Notes: generated from the letters alone by a model not told the origin. Shown: positions 15,534 through 25,133, numbered from the stretch's first letter. The stretch is 28,928 bases of DNA from Candidatus Omnitrophota bacterium (GCA_030630095.1 DAOVNW010000001.1:1-28928), one strand, 5' to 3'. Made by a program: numbers and translations.

Positions 15534-16348
15534 CACATTTGTTATGCTACTGCTACGGCATTTCTGCATAGCTCTGTATGTCGCCATACAGGTCGGACTA
15601 TCTCATCACTCTGATTACTCAGAGGCACATCGCACGAATCAACATAGCGTAAATTTAATTTATATTTCATTGAAGGAATTATATATGGAGTAATTATCTT
15701 AAATAACTTTTTAGCTTCTTCTGTCCCACAAGATAACTTCCAATATTGCCCTTTCTTTGAAACATTAAACTTAACACTAAATCTATCCTCAATTAAATCT
15801 CTAAGGATTTGATTTTCTTCAAGAGTGAAACCTTCCGTGTGTAAACTAATTCTTCTGGAAGATATACGATATACATGATGTTTGTTATATGATTTGCTGA
15901 AACATATTGACCCATCATCCATATACCAAAAAGCAAGCCCTTCATCAGTCAATCTCTTAACGAATTTAGCAAATTGTTTGCTTCTTTCTTTTAATTGAGT
16001 ATAAAGTGGGTGAATCCTTGTTGATACTGTTATACAATCATAGCCCCCACATTTTACCTCTGTTACTTTGACCTTTGTCAAAGCAGAAAGATAATCAGCT
16101 TTAAATTTTGCGTATTCGGCTTGCTTGATAGAATGTGTTATGCGAACACTGACATTTTTGCCTTCTTTTGCTTTTGCAAAACATGCATCGCCTAACCACA
16201 TTCCTATTACTCCGCCCTTGAATTTTCTAATTTTATGTTGATTCATAGTCTCTACACTCCTTACGCAGCTTGCGCAAGTTGGCACGGGATTGTCTCAAAG
16301 AGGTTTTCCCCGTTTTCGGATGTGTTTATACTGGACAGATTGTCGTTT
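15534..16348 (-). mobile_element. Group I self-splicing intron (815 nt, IA-like: ORF looped out of P7.1)
   Basis: P1 exon ACUGGAU/IGS GUCCAGU with U-G at the splice site. P10 GGAU/AUCU. P3 CACAUCCG/CGAUGUG. P4 ACGGG/CCCGU. P6a CUUGCGCA/UGCGUAAG. R element GUAGAGACUA and S element GAUGAGAUAGUCC (P7). P7.1 is 12 bp. P8 CUCUGA-GUAA-UCAGAG. P9 CUGUAUG-GCGA-CAUACAG. Terminal G at 15534. Confidence 0.93.
15542..16246 (-). CDS. Intron-encoded LAGLIDADG homing endonuclease (two-motif type), 234 aa
   Basis: Motifs GVIGMWLGDAC and EGLAFWYMDDGS, followed by 'ISLHTEGFTLEEN..L...I..RF.VKF'. Probable start is the ATG at 16246, with AAGGAG 10 nt upstream. Confidence 0.9.
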   Translation of the reverse strand: MNQHKIRKFKGGVIGMWLGDACFAKAKEGKNVSVRITHSIKQAEYAKFKADYLSALTKVKVTEVKCGGYDCITVSTRIHPLYTQLKERSKQFAKFVKRLTDEGLAFWYMDDGSICFSKSYNKHHVYRISSRRISLHTEGFTLEENQILRDLIEDRFSVKFNVSKKGQYWKLSCGTEEAKKLFKIITPYIIPSMKYKLNLRYVDSCDVPLSNQSDEIVRPVWRHTELCRNAVAVA

Positions 16349-17526
16349 ATCCAGTCGAAGTTAGACGCGCGGTAAATTGCTAAGAACCGCCTGTCTAAGA
16401 AGAACATTGTATTAGGCACACAATGCTTATCCACGATTAAAGGAATATAGTCGTTCCCGGCCTGATATGCAATAGCTTTCCAACCACCAACAAGGTCAAG
16501 AGGCTTTACATACCGTCTATCTGCCTGTAACAGGTCAATGTACATTTTACGTACACCGTATGAAGTTACAATCAGCATAGACTTGTTATCGCCGTTCTTA
16601 CCAGACGCTTTCTCTACAGTATCAAGAGTGTCCTGGATCAACTGTTCTGTAAGATCACGGTTCGTGTTTGAACCATGCAGAACATTAGCTTCCAGTATAG
16701 GATAAGTTGACCGACTCTTACCATGAATGGTCTGTAATCCTAACCCTAAGCCAAACCATGAAGAAGTTCCCTGAATACTATAGTTGTCTATAATATCCAT
16801 TAAACCATTCATTTCATAACCACGCGCGCCATATCTAAAGACATACTGATCAGTGGCCCATTTTTCAGCTGAACCTGAACTACCTGCATAAGTTTCAAGT
16901 TCAAACGTGGTAGAATCGGTGATCCCGCCTACCTGATGAGCTGTGGCTTCTGTCAGACCTTCTGAAATACCTTCATCCGATACAGCCGCGCCAGTAGTAG
17001 TATCTGGGAACGACTCTATGGGCATACCTTCTTCAAGCCACTGTGTGCCGGGTTTATCTACGGTAACTGTAGCATCCGCGCCGCCACCAGTACCATGAGT
17101 CATACAAAGAAACCCGGAAGCAGGTGAGAATAACTGACGGTTAGTGTCAATCTTCATACCCTCTACCATTGACTTGATTTCCATATCAACTACTTTAGCA
17201 AAAGCAGTCGCATTTTTCCGGGACGCTTTTATTGCCTGGCCTGAAAAAGCAACGGCTCCATAATTGTACATGAGAGGAATTGCCAACTGGATAGTTGTTA
17301 CATTCCGGGCTGTAGGCAATGGGCCGTTTTCAGCGCGAGCGCCTATTGCCTGGTTCCTGCGGGTCTTTATCGGAACATACGCTTTTAAATCCTCTCCAGA
17401 AACATCTTCTTCATTTTTACTTAACAACCGATAAGTAGGACTCAAGTTATTGAGCTGATCCATTATCGGGCCGTGGTAATCTCTTTTAAGAGCGCCACCT
17501 AATAAACTTACTGTTTGACCTGCCAT
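16349..17526 (-). CDS. Major capsid protein (HK97 fold), exon 1; spliced product 440 aa
   Basis: Follows portal and scaffold. RBS GGAGG. Capsid-like motifs 'LKRDYHGPIMDQLNN', 'GARAENGPLP', 'NGLMDII', 'LTEQLIQDTL', 'VDKHCVPNTMFFLD'. The ORF-track C-terminus after ...NFDW is intron read-through. Confidence 0.88.
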
Positions 17527-17561
17527 GATTAACCTCCATAAGTTAAAGGAGTTCGGCAGGA

Positions 17562-18368
17562 TTAATCTTTAGTCAACCCCGCTATAGTCTTTGCAAACTC
17601 CTTTTGTGCTGTTCCGTCGTCTAATGAAACTTTTCTTTCCTTTGGCGGAGGCGGTATTGATCCATTTTCCGTGAATTTTTCAGCGTCTTCCTCTTTCCCG
17701 TCTAAGTATGATTTGATTATCCCCTCTTTCTTTTTATTGGAAAAATCAATATACTTTTTAGCGACTTCGGAGAGCTTGATAATTTCTTCTGATTGAGTTT
17801 GTTCTTTAATGGTCATAGCCTCAATCATATCAAGTTCCTCATCCGCTAAGTCCGGGAAATCGGTTTTTATCTGCTTCTTTTCAGTATCAATTTCACGCTG
17901 AATATTAACCAGATTACGCTTATAGCCGTCATCCTGAATGTTCTTAACCTGGCTTTCAAGAGTATTCAGCTTTTCACGGAGAGCTTTTGTTTCTTCGCTT
18001 TCAAATTCGTTTTCAGGTGGTAGTTCTTTTAGTTCATCTTTAACGATTTTATCAATTTTATCGGCTTTATCCTTATTATCAGGATTGTCAATAAAATCAC
18101 GCATAGCTCTGAAACGTTCAAGCTCTTTGGATTCATCTGATACGCTTTGTGATTTTTGAGTAAGTTCTTTCTGCCAGTTGCTCTTGTTTTCAGAGTCTTT
18201 CTGCCAACTCTCAACGTCAGAGACTGAATACTCTTTATCACCTATCTTTACCATTCCGCCCTTATCATTGTCAGGGACTGACTTATCAGGAACTATGATT
18301 TGATCCTTATCAGGAGTATCATTATCCACGATTTTATCTTGGTCTTTAACAATAATGTCTTCTGCCAC
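17562..18368 (-). CDS. Putative capsid scaffolding protein
   Basis: Acidic, coiled-coil-rich ORF between portal and capsid. Start reassigned to the GTG at 18368, with GGAGGT 6 nt upstream. Confidence 0.7.
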   Translation of the reverse strand: MAEDIIVKDQDKIVDNDTPDKDQIIVPDKSVPDNDKGGMVKIGDKEYSVSDVESWQKDSENKSNWQKELTQKSQSVSDESKELERFRAMRDFIDNPDNKDKADKIDKIVKDELKELPPENEFESEETKALREKLNTLESQVKNIQDDGYKRNLVNIQREIDTEKKQIKTDFPDLADEELDMIEAMTIKEQTQSEEIIKLSEVAKKYIDFSNKKKEGIIKSYLDGKEEDAEKFTENGSIPPPPKERKVSLDDGTAQKEFAKTIAGLTKD

Positions 18369-18445
18369 AATTACACCTCCAAATATTATAGACTGCGTCA
18401 TAGGCTTAGTCCGCCCGGACTGCCTTATCAGCTTAGTCTGTTAAA

Positions 18446-18754
18446 TTACTTCTTATCATATACCATAACACAATAGCCGGTTCCTTCGCCCGGTGTGCGT
18501 AGTTTCTTATAAATCCGGTTATCAAAACCATGTTTCTGCTGGTCTCTGCGGATAACTACATCTCCGGTTCTATGGCTGTCAGTGTCTTTAATATCAACTA
18601 ATTCCAACTCTTTCCATTCATCTCGAATGGGTGTTTCATCCGATACTGTCTCCGGTTTAAGCTCAGGCTTAACCTCATCCTTTCCAACCTCATCCGGTAC
18701 TGGCAGAGATTCAGTCTCTGAACGTGCCCCAACTGTCTTACGCTTTTTTGCCAC
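18446..18754 (-). CDS. Hypothetical protein
   Basis: 102 aa, GTG start with a GGAGGT RBS. Confidence 0.65.
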   Translation of the reverse strand: MAKKRKTVGARSETESLPVPDEVGKDEVKPELKPETVSDETPIRDEWKELELVDIKDTDSHRTGDVVIRRDQQKHGFDNRIYKKLRTPGEGTGYCVMVYDKK

Positions 18755-18792
18755 TGTCTTACCTCCTTTTTAGTCTTGCTTCACCAATAGTA

Positions 18793-18975
18793 TTACTTCT
18801 TTCCTTTCTCCATACGTAATAACGCTAATCTCGTGCCCCTTGGCGGCAAGTCAGTATTATTATACAAAGACTTATGCCGCTTTCTACGTTCTGCGTCAGT
18901 GCGTGGTTTACCATATCTGCGACCGCTATAATCACGCTTCAAATCCGCTCTTAAGGTCTCTAAAGTTTGGCTCAT
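18793..18975 (-). CDS. Small basic hypothetical protein
   Basis: 60 aa, Arg/Lys-rich, ATGA overlap with the portal stop. Confidence 0.55.
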   Translation of the reverse strand: MSQTLETLRADLKRDYSGRRYGKPRTDAERRKRHKSLYNNTDLPPRGTRLALLRMEKGKK

Positions 18976-21158
18976 CTTGTACCCCCCAGACCCTTACCTG
19001 TCTGACGTTCCAGGACATCTGTGGAAATCTTTGAGACTGTCTCTGCGTGTTCGTCTGATGTCTTAGTATCTTTACGCGCGTCTTCTTTTACTTTAAGATG
19101 ACTGTCAAGGCCTTGCTGTTCACGAATAGCAGCCATTTGCTCGGCCTGCATTTGCTGTGCTGGGTCTTTAGCTTTATGGCCGTCTATGTGGACTTGGATA
19201 AACTGTTCAAGTTCCGGCCCGCCATTAGCAATTAAACTCCTATACCTGTCAGACTTACAGAATAATGTATGATATTTGGTATGATAAGCATGATTATCGT
19301 AAAACTCTATCTTAGTCGGCACACCACTTTCCCAGGCCTTATGTTCTCTTTCAACTTCTCTTTCATCTGCCGCGGCTTCTTCGTAAATAACGTCAATATC
19401 GCCAAACTCACCTAATCTATTGGCTTTCTGCTGTGTCTCCGGGTTGGCAGGATCACCTAACATACCTTTTTCAAACTGCTGTATGACTCTCTGTTGCTTA
19501 GCTGTGATACTACGTGGTAAAGCTGACCCTGACTGCACTTCAACGTCTGTAGGCATATCATCAGTAGCCATAAAGTCTAATATTTCAATCTCGTTGTTCT
19601 TGCCTACGATTTTAAGAAGTCTGGGTTCTTTATAGCGTTCCTTGACAATCTCAAGTTCATAGGTTCCGGCTTCGCCCTCTTTGGTTTCAAATCTGCTTAT
19701 CACTGGCCCGAATACTGTCTGGTCCTGTTCTTGTAAGAACTGGACAGCAACTCCTGAACTAACCCCGGGCGGAGTCGATCCTTTACTGACCTCATGGATT
19801 GAGGCTGTATTCTCCATATCCTTATCACCACGCTCTAACATATTAGGCACATAAGCGGGGATAGTAGGAGCTGGTACAGGCATAGGAGGCGGTACATTAG
19901 GTACATACTTAGGTTCTAATACTTCACCAGGCTCTGATGTAATTGACGTTGCCGGAAGTTTAGACTCTTTATAGGCTATCCATTTCGGCTTAGATGTAAG
20001 GTTCTTGATCTCGGTTATCTGGGATATTGTCTTATTGTATTCCGTCGCAATTGGTATCATTGACGTTACAGGAGTATCGCCCCAGAACCTATCGCCTATT
20101 TCAATATAGTCATATTTAACTATACCTATTGTCCGGCGTTTGGCCATAAAGTCATAAGGTAATGGCCCATCTTGAAGCAAGACACCATTAGCAACTCTTA
20201 TTTCGCGGCCTTTGGGATGTTTCAAACTCGGCTTTTCACGTAAGATCTTAATTGTAGCAAAGCCCTCTGTTGAGTTTTTCTCTTTTTCCTTGTCCTGGGT
20301 TACATGTTCGGTTACAAATTCTTCACCCATTAGCCTTAAAAGCTGATTCTCTAAACTTGACCCGATTGTCCGGGCCTCCGCGTGGACATATTTACCAGAT
20401 GAATACTGTTGTCTGATATACTCTATTGGCTTTGTAACTATCTTCATCACCCTTTGGCTGTCTTTTAAATCTTTTGCGCCTGACTCCGGGATGATAGAAA
20501 ACGGGCTTAATATTTCTGTCTCTGCCTCACCTGTATTTATATCGTAATATTGTTCTTCACCTAATTCATTAACTACCGGTGAATCATATTCTTCTTCCTC
20601 GCCTGTCTCCTGGCCTAATTCGTCATACTTAGGTCTTTTAAGCCGTTCTGTCTTTAGCTTACGCTTATGAATACCCCTTGTATCGTTGAAATAAGGCTCT
20701 TTAAAGGCTGTTCCGTATATAATCATCCATAACACCAGTCTCTGGTTAAGAGCGTCCATCTGGTTTATCCTATGCAGGTATTCCTGTACCTTTTTAGAGG
20801 TCTTAGCTTTGTTCTGATCTGCGTCTTCACTTGTGGCCGGCAAGACTATATACGCAGGTTTATTTTGGACTAACTTCGATAGGATATGTAAGACATTAGG
20901 TTTTATCTTATTAACTGTTACTCTTGCCCGCCAGCTTGGAACTAAAGGCTTTTCCAGTGCCCGCTTGGTGTTGTTCCAGGTTAGCCATTGATGGTCAAGG
21001 AAATAGGCCATGTTAATATACCATTGGCGTTCATAGCCACGTCTGACCTTTAGACCTTCGTCATGAAAGTTTTCGACAAATTTAACATCAGCTTGCTGTT
21101 CAGGCGTTAAAATCTGCCGCTCTGTCTCGGTTTTCTTTAGTATATCCCATATTCCCAT
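18972..21158 (-). CDS. Portal protein (P22-like)
   Basis: 728 aa after the terminase. Portal-like motifs 'VTVNKIKP.V', 'RFWGDTPVTSMIP.ATEYNK', 'GEVLE', 'SGVAVQFLQEQ', 'DVEVQSGSALP' and a Q-rich C-terminal barrel helix. Confidence 0.88.
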   Translation of the reverse strand: MGIWDILKKTETERQILTPEQQADVKFVENFHDEGLKVRRGYERQWYINMAYFLDHQWLTWNNTKRALEKPLVPSWRARVTVNKIKPNVLHILSKLVQNKPAYIVLPATSEDADQNKAKTSKKVQEYLHRINQMDALNQRLVLWMIIYGTAFKEPYFNDTRGIHKRKLKTERLKRPKYDELGQETGEEEEYDSPVVNELGEEQYYDINTGEAETEILSPFSIIPESGAKDLKDSQRVMKIVTKPIEYIRQQYSSGKYVHAEARTIGSSLENQLLRLMGEEFVTEHVTQDKEKEKNSTEGFATIKILREKPSLKHPKGREIRVANGVLLQDGPLPYDFMAKRRTIGIVKYDYIEIGDRFWGDTPVTSMIPIATEYNKTISQITEIKNLTSKPKWIAYKESKLPATSITSEPGEVLEPKYVPNVPPPMPVPAPTIPAYVPNMLERGDKDMENTASIHEVSKGSTPPGVSSGVAVQFLQEQDQTVFGPVISRFETKEGEAGTYELEIVKERYKEPRLLKIVGKNNEIEILDFMATDDMPTDVEVQSGSALPRSITAKQQRVIQQFEKGMLGDPANPETQQKANRLGEFGDIDVIYEEAAADEREVEREHKAWESGVPTKIEFYDNHAYHTKYHTLFCKSDRYRSLIANGGPELEQFIQVHIDGHKAKDPAQQMQAEQMAAIREQQGLDSHLKVKEDARKDTKTSDEHAETVSKISTDVLERQTGKGLGGTR

Positions 21159-21172
21159 AATACCCTCTCACC

Positions 21173-21224
21173 GCAATAAAAAAGACCAACCCTTAGCCTA
21201 AGCTTAGGATTAGCCTTTTATTGC
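21173..21224 (-). terminator. Long hairpin with U6 tract (intrinsic terminator-like, possibly bidirectional) just upstream of the portal RBS
   Basis: Minus-strand RNA GCAAUAAAA-GGCUAAU-CCU...AGG-GUUGGUC-UUUUUU-AUUGC. Contains the 12-bp palindrome CCTAAGCTTAGG. Confidence 0.55.
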
Positions 21225-21268
21225 TTACTGCGGGAGTGCACCGGAAGCTATCCGGCCACTATTTAAAG

Positions 21269-21514
21269 TTATATTTTAAAAGTTTTTGGCCCTTTAACCA
21301 CACTGTTTAAATACTCATACTTCTTCTCACATTTCATGTTTTTAAATACTTTATCAATAACCTTTTTAAACCAACGATTATCAACGCTTTCTATTATTCC
21401 TTGGTTTAGTTCTTTTTGTATTGGTTTTAAATCTTTAACCAGAGAAGCTCCATATAAATCTATATCTACCCCACGAACTATCATTTCGCTTGGTTTATTA
21501 GAAATCATTCTCAC
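21269..21514 (-). CDS. Hypothetical protein
   Basis: 81-aa AT-rich ORF overlapping the upstream stop by 4 nt (GTGA). Confidence 0.5.
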   Translation of the reverse strand: MRMISNKPSEMIVRGVDIDLYGASLVKDLKPIQKELNQGIIESVDNRWFKKVIDKVFKNMKCEKKYEYLNSVVKGPKTFKI

Positions 21515-21837
21515 CCCGTAGGCATATCAGCCATATCCTTTAACTGACCGTCCATTACCTTAAGTGTAGGCTCAAGACTGGTCGCCTCTTTATTGGCTTG
21601 CTCTATCACGGCCTCTGCCGCGTCTGACCTGTCTCTGTGGACTACAGGATTAGGGTCGTCTTTTTTGACCTCTTGGCCAAATACATAATCCTGATAGTTC
21701 TTCGACATAACTTTATCTGTCAAATCTCCAATCATTTTTAGGTATTTTCTGCGTTCAAGTGTATGCCCGATATGTACTGAAACGATATAAATACCTATTC
21801 CTACAAAGATAAATGCTAATACTGTGTTAATATCCAT
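21511..21837 (-). CDS. Hypothetical protein with an N-terminal transmembrane helix
   Basis: 108 aa, N-terminus INTVLAFIFVGIGIYIVSV. Confidence 0.55.
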   Translation of the reverse strand: MDINTVLAFIFVGIGIYIVSVHIGHTLERRKYLKMIGDLTDKVMSKNYQDYVFGQEVKKDDPNPVVHRDRSDAAEAVIEQANKEATSLEPTLKVMDGQLKDMADMPTG

Positions 21838-21893
21838 ACTCGGTAATTCTCCATTTGTGGAACCTTTTAACTAACACACTGTAAATAAATGAG

Positions 21894-22196
21894 TTAAAAA
21901 CAGCTCTTTTTCCATATCCAGCTCTTACACCAGCTTGTCAGGCAATACCAGATATTAAATGGTATTAACTTTAGAAAATGGCCTAATGAATCCCGGCCTT
22001 GACGGTAATTATCCCAATCTACAGCAAATACGAAACGAAACTGGCTAAATATGCGTTTAATTGTCCATTTTATACGGAAACAAAATCTCTCAAAATATAA
22101 CCATTGTAAATATAGCCCAATCTTACAATATTTATAATCTCTGCTTGCCTTATATCTTATAAGCCGATATATAAGTTTCCATTTTATTCTCATCAC
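21894..22196 (-). CDS. Hypothetical aromatic-rich protein
   Basis: 100 aa, overlapping the terminase stop (GTGA), AT-rich, W/F/Y/K/R-rich. Confidence 0.4.
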   Translation of the reverse strand: MMRIKWKLIYRLIRYKASRDYKYCKIGLYLQWLYFERFCFRIKWTIKRIFSQFRFVFAVDWDNYRQGRDSLGHFLKLIPFNIWYCLTSWCKSWIWKKSCF

Positions 22197-23607
22197 CCCT
22201 CCATACCAACCAACTGAACTTCTTCATGTCTCTGCTTTAGTTTCTTACGAATAGCCAGCTTCATTTCCATTTCACGGTCTGGGAACGTTATCTTAACCGG
22301 GTCTATCTGGCTTAAACCCCAAATCCCGTACACAAAAGCACACGCTCTATCAGGTGAACACAAGGTTATTTTTTTAATCTCGTCAGTAGAGGCTACCTGT
22401 ACCTTACCATTTGAGTCTATAACTTTGTACTTAGCCGAACATAACTGTTTCCGTAACTCCGGGTCTGCAGGATACGGTATCAACTTCTGCCGTATCTGAT
22501 CTGCTGTGTACCACCACATTTGAGCCCGGAGGTTTCTAAATCGTTCAGGCTCTGATATTCTTTTACCGCTATAAGATGAATTAAGATATAATACATTCCG
22601 GTGTTGCTCATCAAGTCTGCTTGCTATTCCTGATCCTATCCCTATACAGTCAACTGCTATGTCGTTACAGTTATATTTAAAGGCTAATTCCTGTATTTCA
22701 CCAACTACAACCATGTCGTTATTGGTATGCAGATACTTCTGGTCTTTTATCTTGCCGTTAAGAATGTAATAAATAACACATTCATCCCCACCAGTAGCCG
22801 GATCACATGAGATTATATGCTTAAAATCAACTCTTAAAGTATCAAAGTTAATCTCTTTCAAAGCCTCAAGCATCCCGGAAGTAATTAGAACATTCTCACC
22901 GCTTAATACATCCCAGTCTCCGTCTCTGTAAGCCCTTAAAAGGCTCTGATCATCAGCAAATGACTCCTCTAAGGTCTTGATATAGCCATCCGGTAAGTGC
23001 GGATTATCCGTTGGCAAGGCCGGAACAAAGTAATGACCTGGCCTGGGGTTAGTGATAAACACGTCTTTTAACCAACATTCAGCTGGGTTCGCAGTGTAGA
23101 GTTTCTTATAAGGCGGTGTTTTCTCATTATGTTTAAGCCTTAACGAAGCCTCTAACACGTTTAAATCAGCTCTATCGGTTTCTTCTGCCTGGTCAATACC
23201 ACAAAAAGCAAGCTCGGCACTATTGAATTTATTGATTGTTTCCTGGTTATCCAGACCACCAAACAAGACTTTTACCTTTTCCTCTATGATTATCTCTTTA
23301 TCTTGCTCTCGGATTCTATACGCCTGGGCAGGGATGATCTTCTTCCAAGTTTCAAGCGTGGTATCGCTAAAATCAACCGACCGCTTACGCCCTATGAACC
23401 CTACAGGCAGCGGAAACTCTATTTTATCTATGTCAAAGAACTTAATTAACTCTCTACACCAATAAAACACCCACAAACAGAATAGGAATGACTTGCCGCC
23501 GCCTTTTTTGCCCCTCCATAAAGCAAACTTAACTTCTCCTTGCTAATTAAATACTTCCAAGCTATAATCTGCTTAGGTGTTAAGATATACTTCACTTCGG
23601 TAGGCAT
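22193..23607 (-). CDS. terL: Terminase large subunit, with a reading-frame break at the A6 run 23504..23509
   Basis: The ATG at 23607 overlaps the terS stop (TAATG). Frame 0 reads MPTEVKYILTPKQIIAWKYLISKEKLSLLYGGAK and then stops at ~23446. The shifted frame continues GGGKSFLFCLWVFYW..., with Walker B 'GIDQAEE', 'YTANP' and nuclease motifs 'SCDPATGGDE', 'VDCIGIG', 'SPDRACA'. The span is 1415 nt = 471 codons + 2. Confidence 0.88.
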
Positions 23608-24161
23608 TAGGCATCACCTGCCTTAACCGCTTCTAAAACTATCTCGCGGCCGTTAGTTTCAACTGGTTGGTCTGGTTGGTCTGATGTAACTATGACTATA
23701 TTCACACCCGAACCGGCAATCTTTCCTGAATGATCTATTTCTTTTTTGTCAACCATATCGGTTATATTTATAGCTGTGAACTTAGCAAACAACGGATTAT
23801 AAAGACCCATCAAAGCATTTTGCAATAAACCGTTTTTCTGTAGATCCTTTGCTATGCACGTAAAAGTCTCCGAAAACTTTTTTTTAAAACTTGCATGTTT
23901 TACATTTAGCCAATCATAAACAGTAGCATATCCTACATCATAACCTTCTCTGTTTAAATGTCTTACAAACTCTACCATAGTAGGTAACTTATTAGGCATT
24001 CTTTTAATATCATTCCAAACTACTTTACCGTCTTTATAATGCGGTATCTTAACGTCTGTAAATGGCTCCATGTCAAAGAACTCTATCATCTCTTGGCAGA
24101 ATTCCTCTTTATATTTTGTAGGCGCCCCACCTGTTCCTTTTTTTGGTCCTCTTTTACCCAT
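23607..24161 (-). CDS. terS: Terminase small subunit (P22 gp3-like DNA-packaging protein)
   Basis: 184 aa directly before terL, with 'GAPTKYKEEFC', 'PTMVEF...VGYATVYDW' and 'FAKFTAINI...DKKEIDHSG'. Confidence 0.8.
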   Translation of the reverse strand: MGKRGPKKGTGGAPTKYKEEFCQEMIEFFDMEPFTDVKIPHYKDGKVVWNDIKRMPNKLPTMVEFVRHLNREGYDVGYATVYDWLNVKHASFKKKFSETFTCIAKDLQKNGLLQNALMGLYNPLFAKFTAINITDMVDKKEIDHSGKIAGSGVNIVIVTSDQPDQPVETNGREIVLEAVKAGDA

Positions 24162-24165
24162 TCCT

Positions 24166-24252
24166 CTACTCTCCTAAAACATCCCAAACAACAATAATAA
24201 TCCCCCACGTAATTGGGATACCAAACCAATATATAATTTCACAAAATTCCAT
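24166..24252 (-). CDS. 28-aa hydrophobic peptide
   Basis: MEFCEIIYWFGIPITWGIIIVVWDVLGE*, TAATG-coupled to the upstream ORF. Below the ORF-track cutoff. Confidence 0.4.
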   Translation of the reverse strand: MEFCEIIYWFGIPITWGIIIVVWDVLGE

Positions 24253-24389
24253 TACTCTCCCTTATCCGCTGACCACCACATCCATATTCTGTTATCTTTT
24301 ATTGCCCAGGTCTTAAAATTTGCAAAATATTCCCACGGAAAGCCTATTTTTGTAATTTTCTTCTTTAGCTTTCTCGGTAATCTACCCAT
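24252..24389 (-). CDS. 45-aa basic hypothetical protein
   Basis: MGRLPRKAKKKITKIGFPWEYFANFKTWAIKDNRIWMWWSADKGE*, part of a tightly packed ORF chain. Confidence 0.4.
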   Translation of the reverse strand: MGRLPRKLKKKITKIGFPWEYFANFKTWAIKDNRIWMWWSADKGE

Positions 24390-24567
24390 TTTGCTCCCCA
24401 GCACATAATTGCAACTCTCTACAGTCTATAATCTCATGTCTATAAAAATATGCCACGCTATTACCTATCTGGAACCAAGGAAATTTTACTAACTCTATCA
24501 ATATATTGTCTTTAGGCGGCTCATACTCTTTTTTACAACCATAAGGAACTGTTATTTTCAATTTCAT
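24382..24567 (-). CDS. Hypothetical protein
   Basis: 61-aa ORF in a contiguous minus-strand chain, RBS AAGGA. Confidence 0.5.
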   Translation of the reverse strand: MKLKITVPYGCKKEYEPPKDNILIELVKFPWFQIGNSVAYFYRHEIIDCRELQLCAGEQNG

Positions 24568-24591
24568 TCATTTTTCCTTATCCGCACTTGC

Positions 24592-24852
24592 TCAATTCTT
24601 CAGCCTCAATTCTTCAGCATTTAGCTTTTCTGGCTTTAAAGTAACCTTTTTAGGCTCTGGTAAACCCTCAACCTTAAATGCTTTACCACATAATTCGCAA
24701 TCCCAATAACCGGCAGCAGATACAGCCTCGTAGTAATTAACAGGTTTGTCATAGTCTATATCCCTTAAACAGCTGTCAAGGCTTTTAGTCTGCTCTGATG
24801 TTTGCTTGCCACAATAAGGGCAAGTTATCCACATTGTATCGTAAACACCCAT
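24592..24852 (-). CDS. Small Zn-ribbon protein
   Basis: 86 aa with CPYC and CELC pairs. Confidence 0.65.
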   Translation of the reverse strand: MGVYDTMWITCPYCGKQTSEQTKSLDSCLRDIDYDKPVNYYEAVSAAGYWDCELCGKAFKVEGLPEPKKVTLKPEKLNAEELRLKN

Positions 24853-25128
24853 TTATCCCTCATCCGCCGGCCCTAAAACTTTAAGCACTTCTGCCAACAT
24901 ATCCTCAATTAAGTCAGGATCTAAGACCTTTTTACTATTTCTATCTGTGCAATAACCTCTTGCTAATGCCCCCAATATATCTTTAGGCGGTTCTGGCGGC
25001 TCAATTATGTCTTCCATTTTTACATCATCATTTAGTCTGCCGATTAAAAACCCCGTAGAATTCCTGATTATACCATTCTCTTGAACTCTAATATCTGTTA
25101 AAACAATAGATACACAACAATCATTCAT
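24853..25128 (-). CDS. Hypothetical protein
   Basis: 91 aa, RBS GGAGG. Confidence 0.6.
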   Translation of the reverse strand: MNDCCVSIVLTDIRVQENGIIRNSTGFLIGRLNDDVKMEDIIEPPEPPKDILGALARGYCTDRNSKKVLDPDLIEDMLAEVLKVLGPADEG

Positions 25129-25133
25129 AACTA

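Noticed and set aside
16247-16285. GTG start of the LAGLIDADG ORF at 16285
   Set aside because: It lies in P4/P6 with no RBS; the ATG at 16246 has AAGGAG at a suitable spacing.
16261-16348. ORF-track capsid C-terminus (INDNLSSINTSENGENLFETIPCQLAQAA) as the real end of the protein
   Set aside because: It is read-through into the intron; the capsid-like C-terminus is in exon 2 (15389-15533).
23474-23476. TTG start for terL at 23476
   Set aside because: It would omit Walker A; the real start is the ATG at 23607 coupled to the terS stop.
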